DNA of 64,000 nt from an uncultured Candidatus Saccharibacteria bacterium (GCA_964556325.1 CAZKVS010000002.1:13599-77598); one strand, 5' to 3'. Counted from the first letter of the stretch, positions 17,289-26,572 are shown. The notes: generated by a model from the sequence alone, not told the origin. Program-made: numbers and translations.

Positions 17289-19664
17289 ATGGCAAAGCCA
17301 TTAATAATAGTAGAGTCGCCTACCAAGGCGAAAACCATCAGCAAATTCCTCGCCGGCAAGTACGACGTTGAGGCGTCTTTTGGACATATCCGAGACTTAC
17401 CGAAAAGCAAAATTTCTATAGATGTTGAACACGATTTTGAACCGAAATACATCATCCCACCAAAAGCCTTAGAAACGGTCGCAAAGCTTAAAGCCCTCGC
17501 CAAGCATGCACCGGAAATCATCCTGGCGAGTGATGAGGACCGCGAAGGGGAATCCATTGCCTGGCACCTGGTCCAAGCTCTAGACTTAGATGAAAGCAAG
17601 CCGAAAAAGAAAGTTCGCCCAGATGATTCTAAAACAGACGAAGTGAAGGTGGATACAGACCGAGTCAAACGGATTGTTTTTCACGAAATTACCAAAACCG
17701 CCATTGATGAGGCGCTCGCCCACCCACGCTCCATAGACCAACGCATGGTAGACGCACAGCAAGCCAGGCGCGTGCTAGACAGGCTGGTAGGCTATGAACT
17801 TTCACCATTCTTGTGGCGTAAAATCCGCTACGGCCTTTCGGCCGGGCGTGTCCAGAGCGTAGCAGTACGACTAGTGGTTGAACGAGAACGAGAAATTCAA
17901 GTATTTGATAAAGAAGAATACTGGAGTATAGAAGCAAAGCTCTCTAAGCTCACCTCTTTTTCCCCCCTTCATGAGGGGGGGCTAGGGGGGGTATTTGTGG
18001 GCAGACTCTCTAAAATACACGACAAGTCGGTAGGTAAAATGGATATTAACTCCAAAACCGGTGCAGAGACTATTGTTGCAGACTTGAACGGTGCAGAGTA
18101 TATAGTTACAGATATTCAGAAAAAAGAGGTTAAGCGAAACCCTGCCGCTCCATTTACCACTTCTACACTGCAGCAAGAAGCAGCTCGCAAGCTTGGATTC
18201 TCTGCCAAGCAGACCATGATGATTGCCCAACAGTTGTACGAACATGGACACATTACCTATATGCGTACTGATAGCTTAAACTTAGCTGCAAGCGCTCTCA
18301 AGCAGGCTCAGGAGGTTATTGCAACTGAGTTCGGCAAACAATACGGCCTTGATACTCCTCGGCACTACACTAACAAATCCAAAGGCGCCCAAGAGGCACA
18401 CGAAGCTATTCGCCCCACAGACTTATCTCTCCTCCCTCAGAACTTCAAAGCGGGAGTTGCTGATAAAGGCCATGGTCGATTATATGATTTAATTTGGAAA
18501 CGCACCATTGCATCTCAAATGCAGCATGCTATATTCGACCAAACATCCGTGGACATTAGCGCTAAACACTATACATTTCGCGCTAATGGCCAAGTGGTGA
18601 AGTTTGATGGGTTCATACGCGCCTACACCGAAGGACAGGACGAGAAAGCAGAAGATGAAATTGAAGGCGTACTGCCCGAACTTTCTGCGGAAGAAAAGCT
18701 TAAACTACACGAGCTCCTCCCCCTGCAGCACTTTACTGAACCTCCGCCACGCTACACAGACGCCACCCTGGTGAAAGCTTTGGAAGCGAACGGTATTGGC
18801 CGGCCTTCTACGTACGCCCCTACTCTGGCCACCATCCAAGAACGAGACTATGTAACCAAAGAAGACAAGAAATACTCCCCCACTGAAGTTGGCTACTTAG
18901 TGAACGACATGCTGGTCGCAAACTTTCCGGAAATTGTGGACATCAACTTTACCGCCAAGGTAGAAGAAGACTTTGATAAAATCGCCGAAGGCGAAGAAGA
19001 CTGGGTAAAAGTTATCCGCGACTTCTATACTCCCTTCAAAAAACACTTGAACGAAAAAGAGGCAACGGTAGAAAAACAAGTAGAAACTTCTACTACTCCC
19101 TGCCCTCATTGCAGTAAAATGATGCTGATCAAGTTCGGCCGCATGGGTAAGTTCCTTGCCTGCCCTGACCCTGAGTCAAAAGTAACCATGCCGCTCCCTG
19201 AAGAAGCTGCCAAAATTGCTGAGCTAGAAGCAAAAACAGTTGGCGAAATTTGTCCTATATGCAGCAAACCCATGGAAGTTAAGCGCGGCCGCTTTGGTTA
19301 TTTTCTTGGGTGCGTAGACTACCCCAAGTGTAAAGGTATTGCTAAAATATGGAATAAAACTGGCTTTAAATGCCCGTCCTGTCTTGCATCCGATAGCCGT
19401 AAAGACAAACCGGGTGACGTAGTCGAAAAGAAATCCCGTGGCCGCGGTAAACCCTTCTTCGCCTGCACCCGCTGGCCAGACTGCGAATTTATTGCCAACC
19501 TAAAACCGGAGAGTGAGGCCCATCTCCAAGAACTTTATAAAATCTGGTTAGAAAATAAGGATAAGCCAAAAACCGGCAAAAAGTTTGCTCGTAAAACCGC
19601 AACTAAGAAGTCAACTAAAAAAACTACGAAAACATCCGCTGCAGAAAAAACCGTCGAGGCCTAG
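17289..19664 (+). CDS. topA: DNA topoisomerase I
   Basis: TOPRIM N-terminus 'LIIVESPTKAKTISKFL', active-site region, C-terminal C4 zinc ribbons (CPHC...CP, CPIC, CPSC) and a Lys-rich tail. 791 aa. Confidence 0.95.
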   Translation: MAKPLIIVESPTKAKTISKFLAGKYDVEASFGHIRDLPKSKISIDVEHDFEPKYIIPPKALETVAKLKALAKHAPEIILASDEDREGESIAWHLVQALDLDESKPKKKVRPDDSKTDEVKVDTDRVKRIVFHEITKTAIDEALAHPRSIDQRMVDAQQARRVLDRLVGYELSPFLWRKIRYGLSAGRVQSVAVRLVVEREREIQVFDKEEYWSIEAKLSKLTSFSPLHEGGLGGVFVGRLSKIHDKSVGKMDINSKTGAETIVADLNGAEYIVTDIQKKEVKRNPAAPFTTSTLQQEAARKLGFSAKQTMMIAQQLYEHGHITYMRTDSLNLAASALKQAQEVIATEFGKQYGLDTPRHYTNKSKGAQEAHEAIRPTDLSLLPQNFKAGVADKGHGRLYDLIWKRTIASQMQHAIFDQTSVDISAKHYTFRANGQVVKFDGFIRAYTEGQDEKAEDEIEGVLPELSAEEKLKLHELLPLQHFTEPPPRYTDATLVKALEANGIGRPSTYAPTLATIQERDYVTKEDKKYSPTEVGYLVNDMLVANFPEIVDINFTAKVEEDFDKIAEGEEDWVKVIRDFYTPFKKHLNEKEATVEKQVETSTTPCPHCSKMMLIKFGRMGKFLACPDPESKVTMPLPEEAAKIAELEAKTVGEICPICSKPMEVKRGRFGYFLGCVDYPKCKGIAKIWNKTGFKCPSCLASDSRKDKPGDVVEKKSRGRGKPFFACTRWPDCEFIANLKPESEAHLQELYKIWLENKDKPKTGKKFARKTATKKSTKKTTKTSAAEKTVEA

Positions 19665-19678
19665 CCCGACGGTTTTTT
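19646..19678 (+). terminator. Terminator overlapping the topA stop (AAAAACCGTCGAGGC-ctagc-CCGACGGTTTTTT)
   Basis: Hairpin plus T-run. A near-identical copy lies at 21587-21620. Confidence 0.75.
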
Positions 19679-19830
19679 GTATATCACACGCATTGCCCCC
19701 GCGTCCTATTAGTCCTATCTGTCGTATCGGTCCTATCTGTCGTATGCATCCAATTAGTCCTATGTGGGCACCAAACCCACAAAAGAATCAACACACCTAC
19801 CCGCCTCCTACACTCATTCGTCACTAATGA

Positions 19831-20628
19831 CTATAGTCCTAACTCTGCCATTTTACGCTTTGTAAACTTGGTATCCGCAAAATAATCAGATTCGTAATAA
19901 TTAGACCGGTGAAAGATTTCGTCTATAATGAAACCGCTCATATGGTTATAAGTCAGCTGGAATACCCTATCGGCCACCTCTGAAGGCATAAGCCAATACT
20001 CGGGGCTCGCATTGGTTCTTTGGAATACATATGGACGAGTTATTAGTTCGTGCGGACAAATAACTGAACTAATATTTAGCAGAAAAAAAGAGGTCGCGGG
20101 ACTTATATGTACTATCTCAAACATCCGAGCCTTGATCTTATCCATGACTTTCCACCAAGAAGTATGCACCATGGGCTTGCTTTTATCACCCAACCCTCCG
20201 AATATAAGCGCCTTTATTGGCAAACCAGTAGACTGCAGCGCTTCGGCCATACCAAGAAACGCTTTATAGGATAAATTCACCACTCTATCGTCTACCCCGT
20301 CACCGTCTTGATCATGTGATATTTCTAATGCACCGTCTTTTCCAACCTCAAAAGGATATACACCCACGGCATGCACGTATATAATTTTTTCGTAATTACT
20401 CACTCGCAGCTTCCGAGCAAACGACATGCAGTCCTCCTGGCTAGATATGTCACCTATTGCGCACACGAGTGTGCGGTCAGGAAGGTATCCATCTACGCAA
20501 AACATATCTGCAGCTGGAGCCTGTCTGCTGAGGCCGATAATGGTCGCGTCATTTGCCCTGCTAAAACGGGCCAGACACGCTCCGCCCAACGCACCAGTAA
20601 CCCCATTAATTATTATCAATGTTTTCAT
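19831..20628 (-). CDS. NAD(P)-binding Rossmann-fold (SDR-like) protein
   Basis: N-terminal 'INGVTGALGGA' glycine-rich dinucleotide-binding motif. No clear YxxxK catalytic motif, so the function is uncertain. Confidence 0.55.
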   Translation of the reverse strand: MKTLIIINGVTGALGGACLARFSRANDATIIGLSRQAPAADMFCVDGYLPDRTLVCAIGDISSQEDCMSFARKLRVSNYEKIIYVHAVGVYPFEVGKDGALEISHDQDGDGVDDRVVNLSYKAFLGMAEALQSTGLPIKALIFGGLGDKSKPMVHTSWWKVMDKIKARMFEIVHISPATSFFLLNISSVICPHELITRPYVFQRTNASPEYWLMPSEVADRVFQLTYNHMSGFIIDEIFHRSNYYESDYFADTKFTKRKMAELGL

Positions 20629-20708
20629 GGAGAGAGCTTAACTCATAGTCAGTAAAATGTCATAAAAGTCCTTATATTTACATAATTAGTAAAATATAAT
20701 TTTATTTT

Positions 20709-21605
20709 TTGATATGGACATGCTACTGTATGTGCATGATCTTAACTACTCCAACCAGCATCGAAGACCACATCGTCTCTCTCTTACGAGACGGACCCAT
20801 TGGCACCGTAGAACTTATTTCGCATATTAGAAAATATTTACCAAAAGCTACAAAACAAGCCGTCTATGCTGCACTTCGAAAACTGAAGGGTCAGGAGGTT
20901 GTAGTCGTGCACAACAAACAAGCGTCACTTAGCATACAATGGCTACGAAAGCTGGAATTGTTTGTAAACATTGCCGAAGAACGGTCATTCGATGCTGAGT
21001 CACGTTCAAATGGAATTTTAGCGCTCACGAATGGAGACCGGATTGAGTACCATTTTAAAAATGCCCACCTCATGGACTCGTTTTGGTGGCATGCATCTGC
21101 CTTACTTCTGGAAACACAATCCGCCCAAGAGCCTGTTTACATATACCACACCCACGAATGGTTTCTTCACGCAAGGCGAAACACTGAGCTAGGCTTCATA
21201 CGGTATATAAAAGATAATCGTCGTACGCTCTTTCTGGCAGTAAGCAGGAACACACCGTTGGACAAACTGGCAGCCAAAGACTTTGATGGAACCACGGCCC
21301 AATATTACATGTATTCAGTGTCTCCGTTCCCCAAGAACAACTACTACCTAAATGTATTTAACGACTATATATTTGAAGTCTGGCTGGATAAAAGCATGTC
21401 GAGCGAACTAGATGCGCTATATCGTAACACCAAAACTATCACCCCAGAAATTCTAGAACAGATTAAATCCCTAACAAGCAAACCAGGAAAAAGTCGCATG
21501 ATAATTTCCCGCAACACAAAACGGGCAGAAAAACTTAAAAAGTTACTTGGTAAACACTTCTTCGTACCAAAAGAGTATCGCTCTAAAAAAACCGTCGAGG
21601 CGTAA
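20709..21605 (+). CDS. Hypothetical protein with a predicted N-terminal winged-helix domain
   Basis: 'IVSLLRDGPIGTVELISHIRKY...AVYAALRKLKGQEVVVV' resembles a wHTH. The rest is unrecognised. Start uncertain (20709 or 20736). Ends 'KTVEA' inside the shared terminator. Confidence 0.5.
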   Translation: MIWTCYCMCMILTTPTSIEDHIVSLLRDGPIGTVELISHIRKYLPKATKQAVYAALRKLKGQEVVVVHNKQASLSIQWLRKLELFVNIAEERSFDAESRSNGILALTNGDRIEYHFKNAHLMDSFWWHASALLLETQSAQEPVYIYHTHEWFLHARRNTELGFIRYIKDNRRTLFLAVSRNTPLDKLAAKDFDGTTAQYYMYSVSPFPKNNYYLNVFNDYIFEVWLDKSMSSELDALYRNTKTITPEILEQIKSLTSKPGKSRMIISRNTKRAEKLKKLLGKHFFVPKEYRSKKTVEA

Positions 21606-21620
21606 GCCCGACGGTTTTTA
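21587..21620 (+). terminator. Terminator (duplicate of the topA terminator)
   Basis: AAAAAACCGTCGAGGC-gtaag-CCCGACGGTTTTTA. Confidence 0.7.
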
Positions 21621-21630
21621 TTTGACTGAA

Positions 21631-22758
21631 TTACACCCCTAGTACGCTTCTATATTTCCGTCCCGCTCGCCGTAACCCCATACGAGCTAATAGTCCGGTT
21701 TGGGCTGAGTTTCTTAGTATCCGCAAAGCTTTCCCCGAACCCAGTGGCACATACTCGGCGTGGTTGCGCGGCACATAGTAATTTACTCGCATGTTCTGCA
21801 TAACCCGGGGCAAGATAGAAGCCACATACTCCGCCTCGGCAAGCGTTTCTCGCACCGCGCCATGACGATGCGGAAACGGCGGCGACGCTTGGTCGCCAAC
21901 ACAAAATATATTGGGGAATAATTGAGTCTGAAATTTATTGTTTACCAAAATCTGATTTCGGGAGCCGATGGGTAGCATTCCCCCCTCTACTCGAATATCT
22001 TGCGCCTTCCATCCCGCAGCCCATATGACTCCATCTACTGGCCATTCCATGCCGTCTACTGTGGAAACGTACGATTGTTCAACTTTTGCAATGGCTGTAT
22101 AGCAACGTACCTCAACGCCCAAAGCATGCAAACAGTATTCCGCCGCTCGCCCTACTTCATAGGCATGCGCCGGCAGAAGTCTTCCCTGCTGCTCGAAGCA
22201 AACTATGCGTATGCGCTCAATAGGAAAGTTATGTTCACGCGCCACTGAATGCACAAAAGGGGTAAGCTGCGCTGCTGCAGACACACCAACTAATCCCCCG
22301 CCCACAACTGCTATCGTCAGGGGCTGCCGTGTAGTTGCATGCCGCTGACGTTGCAGGGCAAACTGCAACATGTGGTGTACCTGCTGTATGTACGCCCTGT
22401 TGACAGGAGAAACCGTATGATCAGGCAATAAAGTCTGACTACTCCCCAACGCCAACACTGCATAGTCGTAAGACAGAGTCCGGTTCTCTAACTTCACCAT
22501 CCGCTCACGCATATCCATACCCTGCACCATACCCCGCACATACACAAAGCCAAACTGTTGAGCTAATTTACTAAACTCAATAGAATTTTTAGTTAGGCCG
22601 TCATGTTGAGTCGGCGAAACTAAGAGAGATGCAAATGGCAACTCGTGCTGTCCTAGTCTATCTACGAGTGTAATGGAATTTCTTGGGAGCACTTTGCTGA
22701 GGGCAACCACTACCCGCATACCAGCCACTCCCCCGCCGAGCACTACTACCTGTTTCAT
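21631..22758 (-). CDS. ndh: Type II NADH dehydrogenase-like FAD/NAD(P)-binding oxidoreductase
   Basis: Two dinucleotide-binding motifs ('VVVLGGGVAG', 'IAVVGGGLVGV') and a 'FCVGDQA' C-terminal motif typical of the Ndh / pyridine-nucleotide disulfide oxidoreductase family. Confidence 0.75.
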   Translation of the reverse strand: MKQVVVLGGGVAGMRVVVALSKVLPRNSITLVDRLGQHELPFASLLVSPTQHDGLTKNSIEFSKLAQQFGFVYVRGMVQGMDMRERMVKLENRTLSYDYAVLALGSSQTLLPDHTVSPVNRAYIQQVHHMLQFALQRQRHATTRQPLTIAVVGGGLVGVSAAAQLTPFVHSVAREHNFPIERIRIVCFEQQGRLLPAHAYEVGRAAEYCLHALGVEVRCYTAIAKVEQSYVSTVDGMEWPVDGVIWAAGWKAQDIRVEGGMLPIGSRNQILVNNKFQTQLFPNIFCVGDQASPPFPHRHGAVRETLAEAEYVASILPRVMQNMRVNYYVPRNHAEYVPLGSGKALRILRNSAQTGLLARMGLRRAGRKYRSVLGV

Positions 22759-22838
22759 TACATAAGTATACAACAGCTCCGGCATTTCATGCCGGAGCTG
22801 TTTCTATAAAATTATTATGTACTCTGTATGCGTCTTCT

Positions 22839-23333
22839 TTACTGCATACCTTTAGGAGTGAGAGTATGAAGACCAGCGGGTATAGTACCCACTTTAGAGC
22901 CTAAGCAAAAATAATACGCATAATCCGGATAGACCGTGAGACCATTATATGTGGAAGAAGTACCGCTCGCCACATAATAATAACCAACACTGGCCGGCTG
23001 ACCATTTGGGTATGTGAGAGCATCGCAGGGAGAATCGGTAGGCACCGGAGACACAGGCACTCGACCAATGAAATTTGGAGTCATATTATCCGGTTGGCTC
23101 ACATTAGTAGCAGCTGGATAGCCACGGTTGGATGTATTGAAAGACTCTAACGCTGTCATCATTTGGGTCATGTCCCCCGCCCTACGTGCATCCCGAGCTT
23201 TTGCGCGCGCGGAGTATATACTAACCATGACTACCGACGCCAATAAACCGATAATGGCAATAACGACCAACAACTCAATGAGGGTAAAACCTCTTTGAGT
23301 TGCATCTGGTTGCAGCTGATTTTTATTTTTCAT
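22839..23333 (-). CDS. Type IV pilin / pseudopilin (prepilin-type N-terminal cleavage/methylation domain)
   Basis: 'QRGFTLIELLVVIAIIGLLASVV' class III signal. Start taken at MKNKNQ (23333). The track ORF extended upstream across the tRNA-like region. Confidence 0.75.
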   Translation of the reverse strand: MKNKNQLQPDATQRGFTLIELLVVIAIIGLLASVVMVSIYSARAKARDARRAGDMTQMMTALESFNTSNRGYPAATNVSQPDNMTPNFIGRVPVSPVPTDSPCDALTYPNGQPASVGYYYVASGTSSTYNGLTVYPDYAYYFCLGSKVGTIPAGLHTLTPKGMQ

Positions 23334-23359
23334 ATCAAAAATTAATACGTGGATAATCC

Positions 23360-23400
23360 TAACACCATTATACCATAACGGGCTCTCATTTATAATAAAA
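23360..23400 (-). promoter_or_regulatory. Putative extended -10 promoter (TGGTATAAT) for the pilin gene
   Basis: Reverse complement of 23367-23375 reads TGGTATAAT, about 35 nt upstream of the pilin ATG. Perfect palindromes CCTCCGGTGTACACCGGAGG (23441-23460) and CTCCGGTGTAAAACCGGAG lie just upstream. Confidence 0.35.
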
Positions 23401-23590
23401 GCTTTAATACCCCAAGCATTCGGATACAATTCCTCCGGTGTACACCGGAGGACCACTTTTTCGGCCCCCGCCACTATTTCATACTCCAAGTATTCGCATG
23501 AACTCTCCGGTGTAAAACCGGAGCCGTTCTTTTCGACCCCACTTTCCCCAAACCATAAAAAAGAACCTACTTGCGTAGATTCTTTTTTCA

Positions 23591-23678
23591 TGGTGGGTCC
23601 GGCGGGAGTCGAACCCGCGACCGTTGGCTTAAAGTCCGCCAGCTGGCGGATCAACCAACTGAGCTACAAGACAGGTCC
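23591..23678 (-). pseudogene. Aberrant tRNA-Lys-like copy: 44-nt 3' half identical to tRNA-Lys, anticodon-stem 5' strand replaced by palindrome TCCGCCAGCTGGCGGA
   Basis: 23591-23634 is identical to 24003-24046 (T-arm, acceptor 3' strand, CCA). The D-arm is similar. The 5' acceptor strand (GGACCTG) cannot pair with the 3' strand, and the anticodon-stem region is replaced by a tight hairpin. It is followed by a hairpin plus T-run on the minus strand. Confidence 0.4.
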
Positions 23679-23960
23679 AACCTTCCGCTTTAAGAAAACT
23701 CTCCCCTGATAACTTTTTAGAACTTTCTCCCTGTGCAATGCCTCGTGTCTGGTTTCAAACTCTTCCTTATAAACAAGCTTCCATGGGCCAGCATGCTTGT
23801 GGGTATAAGAACTCTTTTTATGGGGAAGTAAACTATTGTGGCGGGCTAAACGGACATCTAAATTATCGGTTTGCCCAATGTAGATATTGCCTGTTAGATT
23901 GGTAATGGCATAAACTATATACATAGCAACTCCTGATACTATCAGTGAATCAAGATGCAT
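23664..23960 (-). CDS. Small GIY-YIG nuclease-superfamily protein (YhbQ/UPF0213-like)
   Basis: 'YIVYAI...GNIYIGQTDNLDVRLARHN...WKLVYKEEFETRHEALHREKVLK' GIY-YIG core. The last codons (GPVL*) are encoded by the tRNA-like remnant. Likely start at MYIVY (about 23925). Confidence 0.65.
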   Translation of the reverse strand: MHLDSLIVSGVAMYIVYAITNLTGNIYIGQTDNLDVRLARHNSLLPHKKSSYTHKHAGPWKLVYKEEFETRHEALHREKVLKSYQGRVFLKRKVGPVL

Positions 23961-23974
23961 GCACTATGTCAAAT

Positions 23975-24000
23975 AAAAAATCTCCTACTCGGAGGAGATT
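23975..24000 (-). terminator. Terminator after tRNA-Lys (AATCTCCT-cgagt-AGGAGATT plus T-run on the minus strand)
   Basis: Perfect 8-bp hairpin followed by TTTTTTATTT in the minus orientation. Confidence 0.7.
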
Positions 24001-24002
24001 TG

Positions 24003-24078
24003 TGGTGGGTCCGGCGGGAGTCGAACCCGCGACCGTTGGCTTAAAAGGCCACTGCTCTACCAACTGAGCTACAGACCC
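24003..24078 (-). tRNA. tRNA-Lys (anticodon TTT), CCA encoded
   Basis: Cloverleaf from the reverse complement: acceptor GGGTCTG/CGGACCC, D-stem GCTC/GAGC, anticodon loop CTTTTAA, T-arm GCGGG-TTCGACT-CCCGC. Close to E. coli tRNA-Lys. Confidence 0.85.
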
Positions 24079-24113
24079 ATATTCAAATGGTTTAACTAAG
24101 TACACCGAGACTA

Positions 24114-24172
24114 TCTTGGTCGTTGGCATAAAAGTCCCGCTTAGCGGGATCTACCAACTGAGCTACAGACCC
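24114..24172 (-). pseudogene. tRNA-Lys 5'-half-like fragment with a hairpin (TCCCGCTTAGCGGGA) in place of the anticodon-stem 5' strand
   Basis: GGGTCTGTAGCTCAGTTGGTAGA is identical to the tRNA-Lys 5' part, followed by a hairpin, then CTTTTATGCCAACG. There is no T-arm. It lies directly upstream (in the minus sense) of the intact tRNA-Lys. Confidence 0.35.
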
Positions 24173-24329
24173 CTACTACACCTAAAGCTCCGTAGGGCAA
24201 GCCTTATCTAGCCCACATAAAATACCATAATCTACAATATTTTTCAAGTCCAGTGATAATTTTTTTGACAAACCTCACAGCTAGTTTACACTACAATATA
24301 TCATTCCTAAGTACGCAATAACGCACTAT

Positions 24330-24752
24330 ATGAGTACGAATATTAACCGAGGAACTGTAATTATAACCCTTTCCATAGCCCTTCTCCTCATAGGTCTTGG
24401 CTATTTACACGCAAAGCAGCAGGAACCGGAATTTGGAGAAGGCACGACTCTACAAGCCGATATACCGGATTCCGAAGCAAACCAGATGGACTTGTCCCAA
24501 CTTTCCCAAGCTCAACTGTCTCCCGTCGACCAAGAAGCCAACCCGACTACTGGAACAACGCTCACCCGGCAAGGAACCTTGTTGGTGTCGGACAACCACA
24601 CACGAGGAAACCTCATGCTAAAAACCCCCACTAGTAATTTTTACTTTCGTACCAGTCGAGATTACTCTTCGCTTATAGGTAAATCGGTTACGGCCACTGG
24701 AAATGGCACAACTGAACAATTTAGTCTAACCGACATTATTGAGAACAAATAA
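24330..24752 (+). CDS. Hypothetical membrane-anchored protein
   Basis: N-terminal TM helix ('VIITLSIALLLIGLGYL'), then a polar Thr/Gln-rich domain. Its stop overlaps the next start (TAATG). Confidence 0.5.
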   Translation: MSTNINRGTVIITLSIALLLIGLGYLHAKQQEPEFGEGTTLQADIPDSEANQMDLSQLSQAQLSPVDQEANPTTGTTLTRQGTLLVSDNHTRGNLMLKTPTSNFYFRTSRDYSSLIGKSVTATGNGTTEQFSLTDIIENK

Positions 24753-25651
24753 TGCATATCTACACATTTCAAAATAAATGGGACTATGAACTAATCGATT
24801 CCGGCAATGGGAAACGACTTGAACGCTGGGGAAAATATATCCTGAGCCGGCCAGACCCGCAGGCTATCTGGACACCACACGCACATGAAAATGAGTGGCT
24901 TGCGAGTGATGCCATCTTTGATAGCAAATGGCATATCCGCACGAACGTAACCCAACCCTGGACAGTTACGTGGCCTTTACCGCTCGGACCAAAGCAGGCA
25001 GTGACGGGTAACTGGGACTTAAATCTTATTGCTCGTTTATCTTCGTTTAAGCATACAGGCGTCTTTGCTGAGCAAGCCGCCAATTGGGAATGGTTAGCGG
25101 AACAAACCCAAAATGGGAAATGGAAAGTAAAAAATGAAAAACCTAGAATACTCAACTTGTTTGGCTATACGGGAGCAGCGACGGTTCTCCTGGCCAAACT
25201 AGGTTGTTTTGTAACGCATGTCGATGCGTCCAAACCCACCATCGGATGGGCCAAAGAAAACCAAGCCGCAAATCGGCTACCCGAAGATAGCATTCGCTGG
25301 ATACTGGACGACTGTGTAAAATTTGTAAAACGAGAAGTTAAACGAGGCGCGCTCTATGACGGCATTATTTTAGACCCGCCTGCATATGGCCATACTCCGG
25401 GCGGGCAAACTTGGAAATTTGGGGAAGGATTACCAGACCTTCTCAGTCTTTGCGACCAACTTCTCTCCCCCACTGCTAAGTTTATACTGGTCAATGCCTA
25501 TGCTACCAACACTTCTAGTATTGCATTACAAAATGTTCTCGAGGACACAATTAAAAAAACTCGCACCACCATAGAAGTGGGCGAGCTTTGCCTTGAGCAG
25601 CGGGACCACCGCATACTATCCACCGGTATTGTGGCCCGATGCTCGCGGTAA
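24752..25651 (+). CDS. Class I SAM-dependent methyltransferase (RlmI/RlmK-like rRNA methyltransferase family)
   Basis: 'ILNLFGYTGAATVLLAKLG...HVDASK...ILDPP' SAM-binding motifs of the PF10672-type MTases. Confidence 0.7.
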   Translation: MHIYTFQNKWDYELIDSGNGKRLERWGKYILSRPDPQAIWTPHAHENEWLASDAIFDSKWHIRTNVTQPWTVTWPLPLGPKQAVTGNWDLNLIARLSSFKHTGVFAEQAANWEWLAEQTQNGKWKVKNEKPRILNLFGYTGAATVLLAKLGCFVTHVDASKPTIGWAKENQAANRLPEDSIRWILDDCVKFVKREVKRGALYDGIILDPPAYGHTPGGQTWKFGEGLPDLLSLCDQLLSPTAKFILVNAYATNTSSIALQNVLEDTIKKTRTTIEVGELCLEQRDHRILSTGIVARCSR

Positions 25652-25895
25652 AAAATTGTTATGTGAATGTAATCTAGTTTAAATTACCTCCAAGACTCCC
25701 TATATATAACGAACTGGCTGAGGTCTCTTCTGAGTTCCGCTATACATAGTCATAGGCATCTGACAAAATTGGCAGAACCTAAAATGGCTCGTGCTTCTTC
25801 CGCACGAATCGCAAATAAATTTGTAGGCTACAGTGTTCATATATATAAGTAATTTACTTATAAAACAACACTATAACACACCGACTTTAAATAAA

Positions 25896-25925
25896 AATGA
25901 AAAAACGCCTTGTGGCGTTTCTATG
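25896..25925 (-). terminator. Terminator after the 25944..26492 gene
   Basis: AACGCC-acaa-GGCGTT followed by TTTTTTCATTTTT on the minus strand. Confidence 0.7.
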
Positions 25926-25943
25926 GCATGAATATACCTCTGC

Positions 25944-26492
25944 CTAATTCTCGCTTCGGTGGGACACAAATCGGCCAAATACTATAAGATATCCAACTGG
26001 TGCAACGAGCCAAATAAAATTTACTCCAGGCTGTGTGAATAAGAAACGAATAAGCGGATGCAGTGTGCCTTGTACAGCCGGCGGAATAAAACCTAACACA
26101 ACGTTTATGAGCAGTCCAATCTGCAAAATAGCAAAAGGAACACCAAACAAAAGTGAACTTCCGGTTTTACCTTCCGCGCTCGTACGAAAGCCGTATCGTG
26201 AGAGAAAGAAAAACAACACTATAAATAAAGCACCGAATGTAGCCAAATGTTGTAAGCTTACGGTTACAATATTTAGCTTTGCGTTTACTATTTTATGCAA
26301 AAACGGCGCCTCAATTACGAGCAGTTTGGCCATATACACAGATACCAATATAGCCAGTATTCTTCCCTTACCTGACACAAACGCATAAAGCACACCTGCC
26401 ACAACCCAAAAAAGAATAATAAACAAATCCCAGCTTGGATTATGCCAGTTAAAACTGCGAATTAGATGTTGAAACTCAACGTATTTTTCCAT
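25944..26492 (-). CDS. Hypothetical polytopic membrane protein
   Basis: 182 aa with about 5 predicted TM helices. No recognisable family. Confidence 0.55.
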   Translation of the reverse strand: MEKYVEFQHLIRSFNWHNPSWDLFIILFWVVAGVLYAFVSGKGRILAILVSVYMAKLLVIEAPFLHKIVNAKLNIVTVSLQHLATFGALFIVLFFFLSRYGFRTSAEGKTGSSLLFGVPFAILQIGLLINVVLGFIPPAVQGTLHPLIRFLFTQPGVNFIWLVAPVGYLIVFGRFVSHRSEN

Positions 26493-26572
26493 TAAGTAAA
26501 ACTCTGTAGAATGATACTAGTATTATACACCATACAGTTGCATTAAACCGATGTAAGATATACTAATTCTAT

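Noticed and set aside
19585-19827. 80-aa plus-strand ORF overlapping the topA 3' end and the TCCTATCTG repeat region
   Set aside because: It is out of frame with topA and is a Pro-rich translation of repeat DNA. It is an artefact of the repeats.
23333-23654. Upstream extension of the pilin ORF to 23654 (271-aa version in the track)
   Set aside because: The extension crosses the promoter-like region and the two palindromes, and overlaps the tRNA-like sequence. The conserved prepilin leader starts at MKNKNQ...GFTLIELL, so the short form is preferred.
23591-23678. Calling the first tRNA-Lys-like copy a functional tRNA or an intron-containing tRNA
   Set aside because: The acceptor 5' and 3' strands cannot pair. 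The anticodon-stem 5' strand is missing, replaced by a self-complementary hairpin. No 3' exon follows the hairpin as an intron model would require.
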